Source: Epiperipatus broadwayi (lineage: Eukaryota; Animalia; Onychophora). From it: a stretch of DNA of 64,000 nt. The DNA lies in NCBI GenBank assembly GCA_028023455.1, contig JAQFVV010000001.1, forward strand, positions 33,604,001 through 33,668,000, read 5' to 3'. The position numbers and the translations under genes are program-made. The notes under the pieces were generated by a model. The model did no database searches. It was given only the letters and a program-made list of their open reading frames with translations, and was not told the DNA's origin. Position 1 is the stretch's first letter; each line of letters begins with the position of its first letter. Below, piece by piece: positions 15,001 through 27,733 of the stretch.

Positions 15001-15190
15001 TTTATCAAGCCATTTTTCATCTCAACTGTACCATGTCACATCCATTCACCAGAACTGAAACTGACCACTTTTCTTTCCCTGTGTTTACATTTTGTTAACA
15101 CTCACTGCTTGTTAGGTGAGCTAGAGATATCAAATATTCATGTCTCTGTGCCCATATGGACAGCTCAATATTTTTTTTCCATATTTCTCA
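15001..15190 (-). mobile_element. 3' end of an RTE-like LINE abutting the microsatellite
   Basis: The minus strand has a decayed GKRxxGRPxxxWxD-like segment running directly into (CAT)n(AAT)n. Confidence 0.35.
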
Positions 15191-15779
15191 TGCAAAGATA
15201 AAACAAAAAAACACTGAAAATATGTAATTATTAAAATTATATGTACATACACACACAATTTGCAACAATATATGTGAAATAGTTTGTTTATAAATATCCG
15301 AATTATGCTTTAAGTTAGTTTATTTTTTATGAAAATCATTTTTTATATATTATTATATTTAATAGACTTATATTCTATGGTTTTCACATTATTATTATGT
15401 GCTTCTTTCAAAAATGATGGATCGAAAATTCACTGTACAATAAAGTACTATGTGTAGATGTTATTAGATAAATAGTAGATTTTATGAATTTACAAATGCA
15501 ACAGTTTATAATTAAAGGGCAGAATTTAGATGTAAATTAATGTATATATACACACAGAGATCCTTGCTTACATAAAATAGAACATGACTATTTTAAAATG
15601 AATTCGTTTAATAGTAATAGAAATTTTTTGGAAATTTTTTAATATTAACATTTCTTTTCAGAAAAGTAAAGCACCTGTGTCTCTAACCTTTTTTTTTACC
15701 AGTTCAGATGGGAAGAGAATCTGAAATAATTAAAATAAATTCACATTTAGAAAGAGAAAATTCATTAAACTACTCTGGA

Positions 15780-15870
15780 TAGTTTAGTGCAGTTGGCAGA
15801 GTGTGAGATTCTGAAATGTTTAGATTCTCCAATTGATTGCAGTTCTGGTACTTTTGGTGCACAAACTTCT
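15780..15870 (+). mobile_element. Old tRNA-like SINE fragment (second family)
   Basis: TTTAGTGCAGTTGGCAGAG...AGATTCTGAA...GGTGCACAAAC resembles the reverse complement of 41985-42065. Confidence 0.3.
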
Positions 15871-16119
15871 TATTAAATGCTGAGCAATAAAGCCATTTAT
15901 TTAGTTATTTATTTATTAAAATAATGGATTTGAATTTGACAATAATAGTTTAGTGTTTTCCATTTGTTCTATTTATATTTTAGATATTTCATTTTATTAT
16001 ACTCTTAAGTTGTTTATTTTTATTTGTAGTAAACCACTTTTTTAATATAATAGTTCTCAAGTTTTTCGCTTTTGTCTGGTAATTTACCAAGATCAATTTT
16101 GTTGTAATATAATATAACA

Positions 16120-16258
16120 TTGTATTTATATGTTGGACTATTTCCATCATTTAATATAAGTATTGAATGTCTTTAGAAAAATTTAACCTTATTTAAATAT
16201 TCTAAAGACATTCAATACTCATATTAGATGATGGCAATAGTCCAACATATAAATACAA
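16120..16258. repeat. Fold-back hairpin, ~59-bp arms, ~21-nt loop
   Basis: TTGTATTTATATGTTGGACTATT...GTCTTTAGAA pairs with TTCTAAAGAC...AATAGTCCAACATATAAATACAA with few mismatches. Confidence 0.9.
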
Positions 16259-16627
16259 CTAAAACATCATTACCATACACCTTCAGGAAAACAATAATAT
16301 AACTTGAATATTTTTTTTTTTAAAAAGGGTCTTTTATTTTATGAATTGTTTTATTAAGAACCCATAGATATGTTCAAATATTTATGCTAAGTTTATAAAA
16401 TGACAATTTTATCAGATAAAATATTAATTAATTAGTGACTATTTATGCATAAGATTTTAAATCTGAGAAGTAGAATGTATTTTACAGTCAATGTCATTCT
16501 TGTTTATATTGAATGTAATATAGTATATAGTCCATCAGCTTTATTGATGTAGATTGTATTTACCATTGAGTAAAATAAAAAAACAACATTGCAATAAATG
16601 TAATTTAGTTACTAAAACAATATTAAT

Positions 16628-17156
16628 ATTTACTAAGGCTGTAACCTTTAGGAATAAGCGTCTGAAAAATTCGAAGGTAGGGACCTCTACAGGTCTAAGC
16701 CACAAGCTTACGCTATGAGGGAAACTTTCTTTACTTCAACCTACTTTTAAGGTTACAGCCTTAGTAAATATTACTTAATATAATAATGTGTGCGTTTAAT
16801 AAAATTTATAATTACAACTTTAAATTATCGTAATAGATTTCTTACTATAAGATCTTTCCATTGACTCGTAAATCGTAAGATTTCGTGAGTATTAATGTAT
16901 AATAAGAATTGTGGACTTAATTAATGAAGTATTGATTAGCTTCACACTCTTAGATCTAACCACTTCAGTTTCACCTATTCATATTTAAAAGTAGGTTGAA
17001 GTAAAGAAGGTTTCCCTCTTTTCTTCATAGCGTAAGCTTGTGGCTTAGATCTGTAGAGGTCCCTACCTTCGAATTTTTCAGACGCTTATTCGTAAAGGTT
17101 ACAGCCTTAGTAAATATAACTTAATATAATAATGTGCGTTTAATAAAATTTATAAT
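16628..17156. mobile_element. Fold-back insertion with partial tandem and inverted duplication, 15-bp TSD (Penelope-like architecture)
   Basis: TSD TAAAACAATATTAAT at 16613-16627 and 17157-17171. ~16628-16748 is inverted at ~16987-17117. AAGGTTACAGCCTTAGTAAATA...TTTATAATTA is a direct repeat at ~16749 and ~17095. Confidence 0.7.
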
Positions 17157-18339
17157 TAAAACAATATTAATTATTTAACAAAAAAAAATATTGTTCATGA
17201 ATAAAATATATGGCGAAATATAAATCCATAACAATTATCTGCATTTATTTTTGAATTTATCACTACAAGTATATATTAAACATTGCTTATATTTATTTTA
17301 CTTTTTTTTTTTAATTTATTTTTTTAATTGCAAAACGTGTTACTTTCTTTATTTCATTTAGTACACTTATAACAGTAAATTCAAAAATAAATGCTGACAT
17401 AAATTGAACAATAAATTCTGATTTAAAAATCTGCTCAATGACTTTTTTTCTTTTAGTAATCTTTTTAGTAAATACATTTTTTTGCAAAATGTATATATTT
17501 ATTTGATTTCATTTAATATATTTTTGTAAATGGAACAAACATATATGGCATCCATAGTAATATGTAGAATCTGTATTGATAGGAAGTTTTAATGGATAGT
17601 TGTAACGAGAGAGAGAAGAGAGAGAGACATTGTAAATGCAATTTTTTTATTAAATAAAAAATGCCCAACCATTTAACAATAAATGAGCATTATTACAGTA
17701 GCAATTAACACTATTACAAGAGAACATATCTGAGTTATTCAAAAAGTAAAAACACACAATGTTATGTAAGAAATATTATTTTATAAGAGAAAAATAATTA
17801 AACATTCTGATAATCATTCATTGTGGAAATTATATTAATCCCTTCACTTATCACATTAGCCAGATAATGTAATATTATTAGATAATGCATTTATAAGAGG
17901 TGAGAATAAATATTTCATTTATTTGTTATTTTATGTATGGGGGGGGGGGTAGGGCGAATATAACTAACTTCATTTAAATTTTAGTTCCTGGAGTCAAGTA
18001 TTTTTTGCAGTCATATTTTACTTAATAGTTTTTAATTTCTCATTATTTACGATGTTGATCAAAGAAGATTTTTTTTAAAAAACAAAAACAGAAAAAAATA
18101 AACAAGATGATAATAGGAAAAAGAAAAATGTAATTTGAAGTTTGGATTTTGAATATAGTGAAAGCAAGTTGTAATAAGCCTGCATGAATCATAATGAGTT
18201 ATCTTGGGCTTATATATGGGTTTGCAAGTATTAACATCCTATAGTGTTCGTAGAATAATTTTTTATCCAAATATCAAGCAATGCTAATAATTATATTAAG
18301 TTTATTTCTTAAGCAAAAATAATTTTTTATTGAGATTAT

Positions 18340-19902
18340 TAAGAATCTATGATGCAATCAAGATTTCAAATGTAACTATGGTATGTGTACTAATCATGAT
18401 AATGTAAAAATGAATAATTAACTTGAAAAAGAGAAAATAATATGAGATAAAAATTCTTGTATATTCTTGTTGAGTGATTGGAATGCTATTGTGGAGATAA
18501 ATAAAGAATGAAAAATGGTTGGGAATTATAATATTGGAGAAAAAGAATGATAGCAATAGTTTGCATGTAAAATTTTGTAAAGATAATTTAATTTTTGCAT
18601 ATATTTGATTTAAAAATCATTAAAGAAAATAGTATATACAGCTTTGGATAATAAAGATATTGATACAGGATAGGTATAAGCATATTATTAAGGGTTCACA
18701 TGTTTTGCCTGGTGATGATATAAAAACTGATCATAATATGGTTATAACTAAATAAAGTTGAGTTTAAAAAGAATAAAAAGAGGGAAACAATATGTAATAT
18801 GGGACTTAGGTAAATTGAAAGAAATAGAGAAAGGAAGATTTGGTTTAATATGTGAAAATGAAATAAAAAGGATTGTTCAAGATGGAGGAATATATTAATA
18901 ATCCTGATAGGCATTGGTGTAGAATTGAAGAATAAATATTAAAAACAGCAAAAAATGAAATAGTAATTATTTGGTTAGGCAGAGCTAAATGATCTTGGAT
19001 AAGGTGGAAATACAGAGATGATGGGGAAATATCAGTAGTGAAGAAAGTCAAAGATCATATAAGCAAATTAATAAGTAACTAAAGGGAGAAATGAATTTAG
19101 CAAAAGACGAATGGTGGGAACAAGAATGTATTGAGATAGAAATGCTTCAACAGGCAAAAAGATATGATCTGGTATTTGATAGAATTAAAAAAAAAAACAG
19201 AAATGGTTAATGAGTAAAATAGCTGATGAGAATGGAAAGAGGTTATCCGACATGAATGATGTATTGGAAAGATAAAATATCTTTAATATTTGTTTAGAAA
19301 AGAAAATGGTGCAATTAATTATGAACTTGAAAGTGAAGATATTGAAATGGATGAAAAAGCTATGGACATATTGACAGAAGATATTGTTAAATCAATTAAA
19401 GAAATGAAAAATGGAAAAACAGTTTGTTTTGATACAATATCTAAAGAATTTTAAAAGAGACGGGAGAAACTTATGAAGAAAATTGTTGGACTTTGCAATT
19501 TGATATATAATTAGAAGATGTTTGAACCTAGACTTTCAAGCTCCCTTCATAGTGGAGTTTGGTTTAAAGATTTCTTGAGAACTATAATGATTGCAGTTGC
19601 TTAAAAAAAATAAAGCTTTTAAAAGTGGAAAGCACAGGACAATAAGTTTATTATCTTGTACTTTAAAAATACTATTTTGAGAATTTTAATTAACAATTTT
19701 TGGGAAGTTGAAATATTATATTGAAGAAGAACAGTTTGGTTTCAGAGAGGGAAAAAGTACAATAGATGCTGTTTGTGTTGTTAGAATAATTGCAAAATGA
19801 TATATTGAGAAAGATAAAGGAATTTGGTATGTAATGAATTTATGACTATCTTGAAAAATAAAGGAGTATTTTAAAAAAAAAGAGAGGATTGATTTGAGAT
19901 TA
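18340..19902 (+). mobile_element. RTE-type LINE, endonuclease and N-terminal RT part (decayed), left of insertion
   Basis: xDWNAIV (APE GDxN motif) at ~18475; IEEEQFGFREGKSTIDAVCVVRII at ~19720-19790; ends in ...RLY at the insertion point. Confidence 0.85.
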
Positions 19903-19906
19903 TATA

Positions 19907-22900
19907 TATTATAACGTTTTTCGTTTTGCTAGGCCTCTACACGCTAATATAAACTGCGCGTGAGTTGATCAAGCTATGTCAAAAAAGAAGAAAGTTATAT
20001 TTCTATTCTAAAAACATAACTATATTTCCTGATCAACTTGGCCTATTAATTGTTGAGAATTGTGCTATCGACGAAATCAGCTTTTAATTTATTTAATCTG
20101 GGCGCCAGAATTCCTAAGAATTCGCTGAAATCGTCATATAACATCTCACAAATAAAAAAAAATACTTTTAAACTAATCGGTATTACATCATACCGTAACG
20201 AGAATTAATTTTTTAAGATTATTATTCCTGGGCTTATTCAAACATATTGGCAAAGGTAAATTACATTTTTTTAAATCTTATTAAACTACTAATAGATTTA
20301 ATAATAAAAAATACTAACTATTATTAATAACGTACAAATGAAAATTGGTATTAGAAATATATTTATTCTAATAGTTAAAAAATGTTTGAAATAAATTATT
20401 TATCAAATAAATTGGAGAGAATACACTTAATTCTGACGTGAAACATTAATAATAAAAAAATAACTGCTGAATAATTAATTACAAAGTTCTTTGTTAAATA
20501 AGAGTCTCTATCGGGATCCTATTATAAGCTTATTTTTAAGAATTGTTTGCAAACGTTACTTTTGTCACAATCAGGATAATGATGCATCACTTACCGGTAA
20601 GTTTTGGGAATTCAGTAGTAGATAACTATGCATAGTTTTTTGGGTAGAATGAGCTCGGCCTTTTGGTTATTATTTGATCTTGTGGTCCATTCTCCTAGTC
20701 GGTCACGAAAGCTTTTCTGGTATACATCTTCAGGCATGATGTCTTCAGAAGCTCCGGTTCACTCCGACAAGCTGAATTACTTCAGCGTAGAGCGATCTTG
20801 GATATATTATTGTTATCCAAGACCAACTAGAGAAACCAACGAACAAGATGTCCTTCAAACTGATCTCTGCCTTTTATACTCTCTAGAGGCCCAGTTTTCC
20901 GACTTCTGCGCATATCTTTTGTTTGTCAAAATATCCGTTGATAATCTTATATATTCTTTATAAAATTTATGTTACAAAGTCTCTATTTTTTCAGCATAAT
21001 TCTGCCATCTTTAATTAGTTGAAATATTTTTACTTTCTCTTATCTAGATTGGTAATTTGTGTCTTTTGTTCTCTCCAATTCTAACTTTTATTTCTAATTA
21101 CATAAAAAAAACCGAAAGAATAATTTAACTTTCATTGTACGTTATTTTTTTAAAAAAAAATTAGTCAAAAAAAAAATCTAAATTTACTTTTATTTTTTAG
21201 CTTCTACCAAATGCCAATATATTTGCAACGTATATAAATAAACGTTACAATATTGAACCGGATTGAAAATCCGATTCAATGATGTTATTACAAAAAAAAA
21301 AAAGTTGAAGTTTTAATTTTCACTAAACGTTTTTAATGTTTAAATTTTTATTATTATTTAAAAAGAATACGTGTATCAAAATACACACGCGTTTATATGT
21401 AAAACGGATCATTTTAATGTTTATAAAAATTTTTTCAAATAGTTTTCTTATACCGCTTGTTTTTACTTTAAATCAATTTGATTAAAAAACAGGCAAGCTT
21501 GCTAATTACATTCCTGTAGCTTTTATATTAATTATTTTAAAGTTCATCCCAAAAGTGGAGATTTAATTGTGTTTTTGTTTTAATAATCCCTGGGTAGAAT
21601 TCTTAGATTAGATTGAGCGGGAGATTAATATTTGCCCTGCCTTAGGTGTAGCATTCAACAACAAGGAAAGTGTTTCGCGGGAAATGGAGCGAGGTATAAA
21701 TAGCCCCGAAAATTTGGAGAGGAGTTAATTAATTATTCTTAACTAGACAAGCTGTTTCTCAAGTGAAAGTTTATATCAGTTCGGACATTTAAATTCTTCA
21801 AGGAAATTCGCTGTTGTTAAATCCTTTTGCTTGCAACAAGATGACAAATACTGTACGTGTTATCACCACTAGAATGGCTTGCTAACTTAACAAAGGACGG
21901 ATCCCTAACTTCCAAATTTGCTCCAGTAATGCCTTAAACATCTAGAAGAAGCCGGAACCTCTTTACCTCTACCTTGCCGCTGTCAATGACCTGAAAATGA
22001 ACTAAAATAATTGTGCGCACTCTACGTGAACATTGTTTTTACCGAAAGGTAACTATTTTCTTTTTTATTCTTCCCAGGGTAAATGAATTCTCATTAAATC
22101 CCCACTCAGTCTAATTATAAATCTGTGTTCATAAGCTTAAGTAATATTTACACTCATATTTAATCTTTATTATGTTTTTTTGTATTTTTGTAATGGGTTT
22201 TGGAATCTTAGTTTTAAGATTCCCAATTTGCTTTCAGTTTTGTTTATTGGAGAGTGATGAATGAGTTTTAGATTTTTATGCCTCACTTTTTATAAATGCT
22301 TTGGTAGTCGTGTATATTTTAAATGCTTACCTGTAATTATTTTCTTTTATTATTCAATAATTAATTGTTAAACACGGTGTTTGCGCTTTTGCAAATCTCC
22401 AAAAATCTTTTGGCTGGTGACTTTGTTGTCTAATTTTTCCGCAGGTGGGGATTTCGTTTCTTATATCTCTGAAAGTGGAAATTGGAATTGTTTTTCTTTG
22501 TAATTTTATAAGTCGTCAGCAGGAAGATAACATTTTGCCATTTTTAAATCACAGGTGAGAGAGACTTTCATTCTGCTAAAGTATTTAAAACTTTTAATAT
22601 TTTCATACTCATGTGCACTCTCCAATAGATTTATTTTTGTATTTAATACATATGCTTTAAATTTATCAGAGCGTGTACTCAGAATTTTTTTGTAAGTTTA
22701 TTTTTTTTAATTGCTGGGCAGACGTAACTTTTTCTAATTATTTGCTTGTCTCCTATTGAGACCTTTAATTATTATTTTTAGAGTAATTTTCGCCAATCGT
22801 TTGGCTGGGATTCACCAGTTTTAATTGTTTTCCTTTCATTTTCAATCATGTTTTTCGGTTTTTCTTGAGGTGGATCAACCACCTTTATTTTAAATGTAAT

Positions 22901-23425
22901 AATAGGTGCAGATCCTACCGACATAATGACATTCATGGGCCCGACACATTTTTTGGATCTCAAAGCTCGTCGGCGCTGGTTTCGTTGATTTGTTTCAAGA
23001 ATGTATTGTTTAAATATCTGAAAGTGAAAACCAATGTTTGGGTGAATCCTCTGCTGAATGAAATTTGCTTCCTCCCTTTTTTTAATTTGTTTATTAGAGA
23101 ATCAGTAGATCTGCCAGAGCATTGCATTTAGTCTTTCCAGTACATGCCAGAGCTAATCCTATTTGTTAACTTATAAACTTTTCTTATATGTCTTCTCTTA
23201 ATAAAATTGTTAAAAATTTGTTTACACTTAATTTGGCTGACGTTTGTCTTAGTGCTTTGGTGTCTCAATTGTCTAAACAATTTTAAGATCTCTTGTTTCT
23301 CCCTGAGTCTAGTCAGCGCAAACCATCATCATCATCTATTCTGATCACAGTAAATAAATTTTCCAAACACGTAGTGGTCTGGTGGCGCCCTCTGTGTCAG
23401 AATAGATTGAGTGTCCGGTATAATA
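19907..23425. mobile_element. Unclassified 3.5-kb insertion with ~10-bp TIRs and TATA duplication
   Basis: Termini TATTATAACG (19907-19916) and CGGTATAATA (23416-23425), 9/10 complementary. TATA at 19903-19906 and 23426-23429. Removing it restores LINE codons AGA TTA TAT ACT GGA CAA AGA (RLYTGQR). Visibly more CpG than the flanks. Confidence 0.75.
20590..21100 (-). pseudogene. Decayed exon-like coding segment inside the 3.5-kb insertion, product unrecognised
   Basis: Acceptor-like TTTTTATGTAATTAG at ~21095 and donor CG|GTAAGT at ~20594 on the minus strand. One frame has protein-like stretches (LDKRKVKIFQLIKRWQNYAEKIETL; ASEDIMPEDVYQKSFRDRLGEWTTR) broken by several stops. Confidence 0.35.
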
Positions 23426-23429
23426 TATA

Positions 23430-24260
23430 CTGGACAAAGAATATCAGATTGTAAAATAATGCCGACTGAAGGAGTATTGAAAGAGGAGTTAGGCAATGAT
23501 GCTGCATGTTATCTGTGCTTTTTAATGTTTATTTAGAAGACATATTAGATAAATATTTAGACTGTGCACATGATATAATTCTTATAGCTGAAGATGAAAG
23601 GAATCTCCAGAATATGTTGAATAAATTGAAGGAAGGGTGTATGGAGTATGAATGAAGATGAATGGTGAAAAGACCAGATGTTTTGCGATAGGAAGAAATA
23701 CAAAGAAAGAAAATACAGGTTGATATTTATGATCATATAATTATAATTCCAACAAGTGAATGGATTCAGATATTTGGATAATTGGCTGAATGGGGGTGGT
23801 GTGGATAAAGTGAAAATAAAATTAAAAAATTAGCATCAGAAAAGGAGAGATATTTAGGGGGGGGGGAAGAAGAAAACATTTGTGGATCTTTGAAGAAAGA
23901 ATTAAGGGAAGAATTAAGTACTGTATGTGAAGTGTATTATTGTTCAGTTGTGAAATATGGGTAATAAAAAAATAGGAACAGATTGGAGGCATTTAAAATG
24001 TCACGTGAAGCAGAATGGAACAAATTAGTTGGATGAATAGTTTTGCAAATTAAGAAACTTTGGAAAGATTAAAGGAAAAAAAATTGATTGAGGAAATTTA
24101 AAAAACAATCAAAAGTGAATTGGACATATACTAAGAAAAATAATAGTTTAATGAAGGAGGTTTTGGAGTGAATGGTGGATAGAAATAATAAGAAAGGACA
24201 GAAAAAAATGATCTTACTGGATGATATAAAAGATAGGAAGAGATAAGCGGAATTGCAGAT
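23430..24260 (+). mobile_element. RTE-type LINE, C-terminal RT part, right of insertion
   Basis: RGVRQ*CC.LSVLFNVYLE-like; CAHDIILIAE (YADD site); FRYLD; CEIWVIK..NRLEAFKM (cf. CETW..RLEAFEM); HILRK..LMKEVLE. Colinear continuation of 18340-19902. Confidence 0.85.
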
Positions 24261-27200
24261 CTGGTCAATGAACTGAATAAAATAAACATAGGGGGTGAAT
24301 GTGACTTAAGGGAATGTTAAATTCTCTTTCCAACTGTGGTAATTTTAATGTAATAATAGTGATTTTGAACTTTCTGTTTTCACTATAAATAATGACAGTC
24401 ATAAAATTCAAACTATTAATTCTTACATGTAGAATATGTTTCAAACAGAATTATTAGAATTATACAAATTGTAGTATATTTACATTTAAAATTTTTAAAG
24501 TGTTTATATTATGTTTAATTGACAAAGATTAATACTTAGGTGATAAAATTTATTATATCTATTTTTTAAATATTATAATAAAAATTAAAGCTAGCAAAAT
24601 ATATATATGCCGTTTTTTTTTTAAAGACAAACAAGTTCTTAAAAATTATAATGAACACAAAACATATAATGAACACAAAACAACTGCAAGATTAAGATCT
24701 TTGCAAAATATGCCTAAGCATAATTTTAATAATAGTTCTTATATGTAACTTATAATTATTATAAGTGAGAACGGTCTTCTTTTAATAATGGCTAAAAATT
24801 TGTATAAACATTGGCTATTAAGTATGTAGGTCTGATAATATCTAACAATATTTATATTTTTTACACGTGATAACTATTTTTTTTTTAATTAAATCCTAAT
24901 TGTAAATTCAGATATTATACTTTATTTTTAAACTGAAGTAATATTGTCATTTATTTTTTATCTTTGATAACTTATAATTTCACTTTTTAAAAAGTTGTAA
25001 GTACAATACTTACCTATTATCATTTTAGCAAATGCAACTATACCTCTTTATAAAAGTAATATAATGATACAAAAGGTAACAGTCATACTAAAATCTTCCA
25101 TGAATTTTTTAAAAAATCTTCATTTTATGAAATTGTAGACTTTCATCATATTGTTCTACAATTACTCTATATGATTGTATAAACTCTTAGTGATTAAAGA
25201 TATGACAAGTTGGTATTTACAAAACAAATGTATATATAAATAAATTTTTACAAGTTATTATTGCTAATGATTTTAGTTAGGACATTTATAACAAGCCTAT
25301 ACAATTAGGAAGAGGGTCCTTTGTTATGAAACATTTAAAATCTTCACAGGCTGCTGCAATAAATACTGTGTAGTACTGCATTCTACTTACTATCTTTCCT
25401 AACAGTTTAAACTGATTTAATTATTGGTGAAAATTTTATTTTTACAAATGTGGAGAATGAATCACACAATTATCTAAAAGCATAATTATGCTTAAAGAAT
25501 ACTGAAAATGACAAGGAAAATTAACAATTGTTCTGCTGTCAAGAATGTGATCAATCTATAATTTAATTTTAATCATGTATAAGCTTTCTTTAATTGAATT
25601 CAGCAATATTATGCAAAATCTAAATTGTATTAATGCATGAGGTTAAATTTTTTCGGAATCAACTTAAAGTAACTAAACAACAGCAGTTTGCTATTGTTTA
25701 TTTTACCCCCCCCCCTTTTTTTTTTGTAAAAAAAAATAAAGCCTCTTAGATCATTAAGATTCTCAATGTCTGCATACATTTATATATATGTTTTTTGTTT
25801 AAAAGTGAGTTACTGCAAATATTCATGAGAATAATGAAACTAATCTGTTTCAGCTCAGATTATATTTGTAAATATAAAAAGAAATATTTGTGATATATTT
25901 GCTATCTCAAAATTAGTGTTTTTTATATGACACTTTTCATTAACATTAGGAATAGGAAATTAGCAGCAATAGGTATCCTGCTTACTGAAATGAGGAATTT
26001 TATAATAGTATGTAATTTGTCTTTTAAAGAAAAACTGGGTTGACGAAGATTTTAATAATTGTAATATATATAAATTAAATGTTGAAATGTGTAAAATGCT
26101 TACTCCCCCCCCCCCGCCCATTTCTGTTACTTAAAATTTTTTATAAAGAGAATAGGTGTATAAATGTACCTTTCTTTACTAATGGGTAATCATTTATTTA
26201 CTAATAATTTTTAATGCTATTTTTTTTTTTTAGATATATCTTAATTAAATTTTAATGACAATTATTATTTTTAAGGTAAATTTAGTAACATTAATTTTTA
26301 ATTTTAGTAAATAAAATATGCTAATTTTTTTATCATTTATAAATGCATTTATTAATTTAAATTTTTCACAGAAATTTTTCCTTTTTTAAAAAAAATATTA
26401 GTAATAAATAATATATATATATATATGAATAATGATTAGTTTTTAGGACAATTAATTTCTGTCTAAATATATACACATTTATTCACGTCCATTTCATATG
26501 CATTAATAATAGTGTAAATATATATGAACATAAGGGAAGACTAAATAAAGTTTCATCTTTATTTTTTATTCAGAATGACTTTATTTCTAGTTGAACTTTT
26601 TTCTTCTTATGCTCCTGAGTTTTCTGAAGCTAGAATTTATGGTTGAATTGCATTTCCTCCAAATGTTGTCCCCTTTTTATTTTATACAAGTCAAAGATAG
26701 CATTGCAGGTAGTAATGTTCTAGCTCTCTGCTTAACCGGAAACACACCATTAAAGTCTTCAACCACTAAAGCCAGTTTATTTTGCTGATCATAGCAAACT
26801 GCCCTATGACTAAAGTTTTTTTTATAGATTTTTAACCCTTACAGATTTGGAATTTTGGGATCTGTTTAACTACATTTCATTTAAGTTTCAACAGCTAGTT
26901 TTGCCTTAAAAAAAAAAAAAAAAAAGAGGGAGGATTTTTTTTTTAAAAAAAAAGTGTGTTGCCTGAACAATAATGAAAATATCTTTAAACAAAAACTTGT
27001 TTTTTAATATTGTTTCACCTAAACAAATGCAGTTTTTCACAACCAATTACATATATGTATTTACCAAATTTAATAACACCTAACTTACACTTTCATTAAT
27101 TAAAAATGGAGAGACTGGTTTCATAGATAAAAGATGATTGTTTACAATTATTTGATTGGAAACTTCTATATATAGCATGAAACTATTTCAGATTTTCGTA

Positions 27201-27549
27201 GTTTTCTCGAAAAATATGTTGTTGCTGTACCAGTTGTGTTTTCTGAGTATCACAGAAAACTTTTCCATCAAAATATATGTTGGCAATCAAATAAAATAGT
27301 TTTATAGAAAAAATAAAATGTAGATAGCATTCATGTGATTATCATACACATTATTCAAATTCTTCTTTCCTGTCTTCACTTTATTCTCAAAATTCTTTGG
27401 ATGAGAAGTTTTAAACAATTATTTTTCTTATGGAAGTAATTTAATTTTCGATTTCTTCTTCCTTTTCCTACGTATTGATTTCTACTTTAACATATCATAC
27501 CATTTACACCTTTCTTAAACAATTTATCAAAACTCTTTATTTAGTATCA

Positions 27550-27589
27550 AACTAACAGTTTCGACTGTCCTCCAGTCATCATCAGAGCT
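27550..27589 (-). ncRNA. Minimal type I hammerhead ribozyme motif (minus-strand copy)
   Basis: Reverse complement: AGCT CTGATGA T GACTG GAGGA CAGTC GAAA CTGTT AGTT. Confidence 0.6.
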
Positions 27590-27733
27590 ACAATATTTAA
27601 ATATATAATTATATAATTAATACACTTATACACATAATAGTCAGATTAAAATGTATATTTATTTTTGTTTATATTGTGTATTTAATAATGTATATGAATG
27701 TGTTAATTATATAATTATATATTTGAATATTGT

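Noticed and set aside
26580-26810. Protein-like stretch VCYDQQNKLALVVEDFNGVFPVKQR on the minus strand and ORF 26591-26788 on the plus strand
   Set aside because: Splice context is poor and there is no recognisable homology; probably an unidentified decayed repeat.
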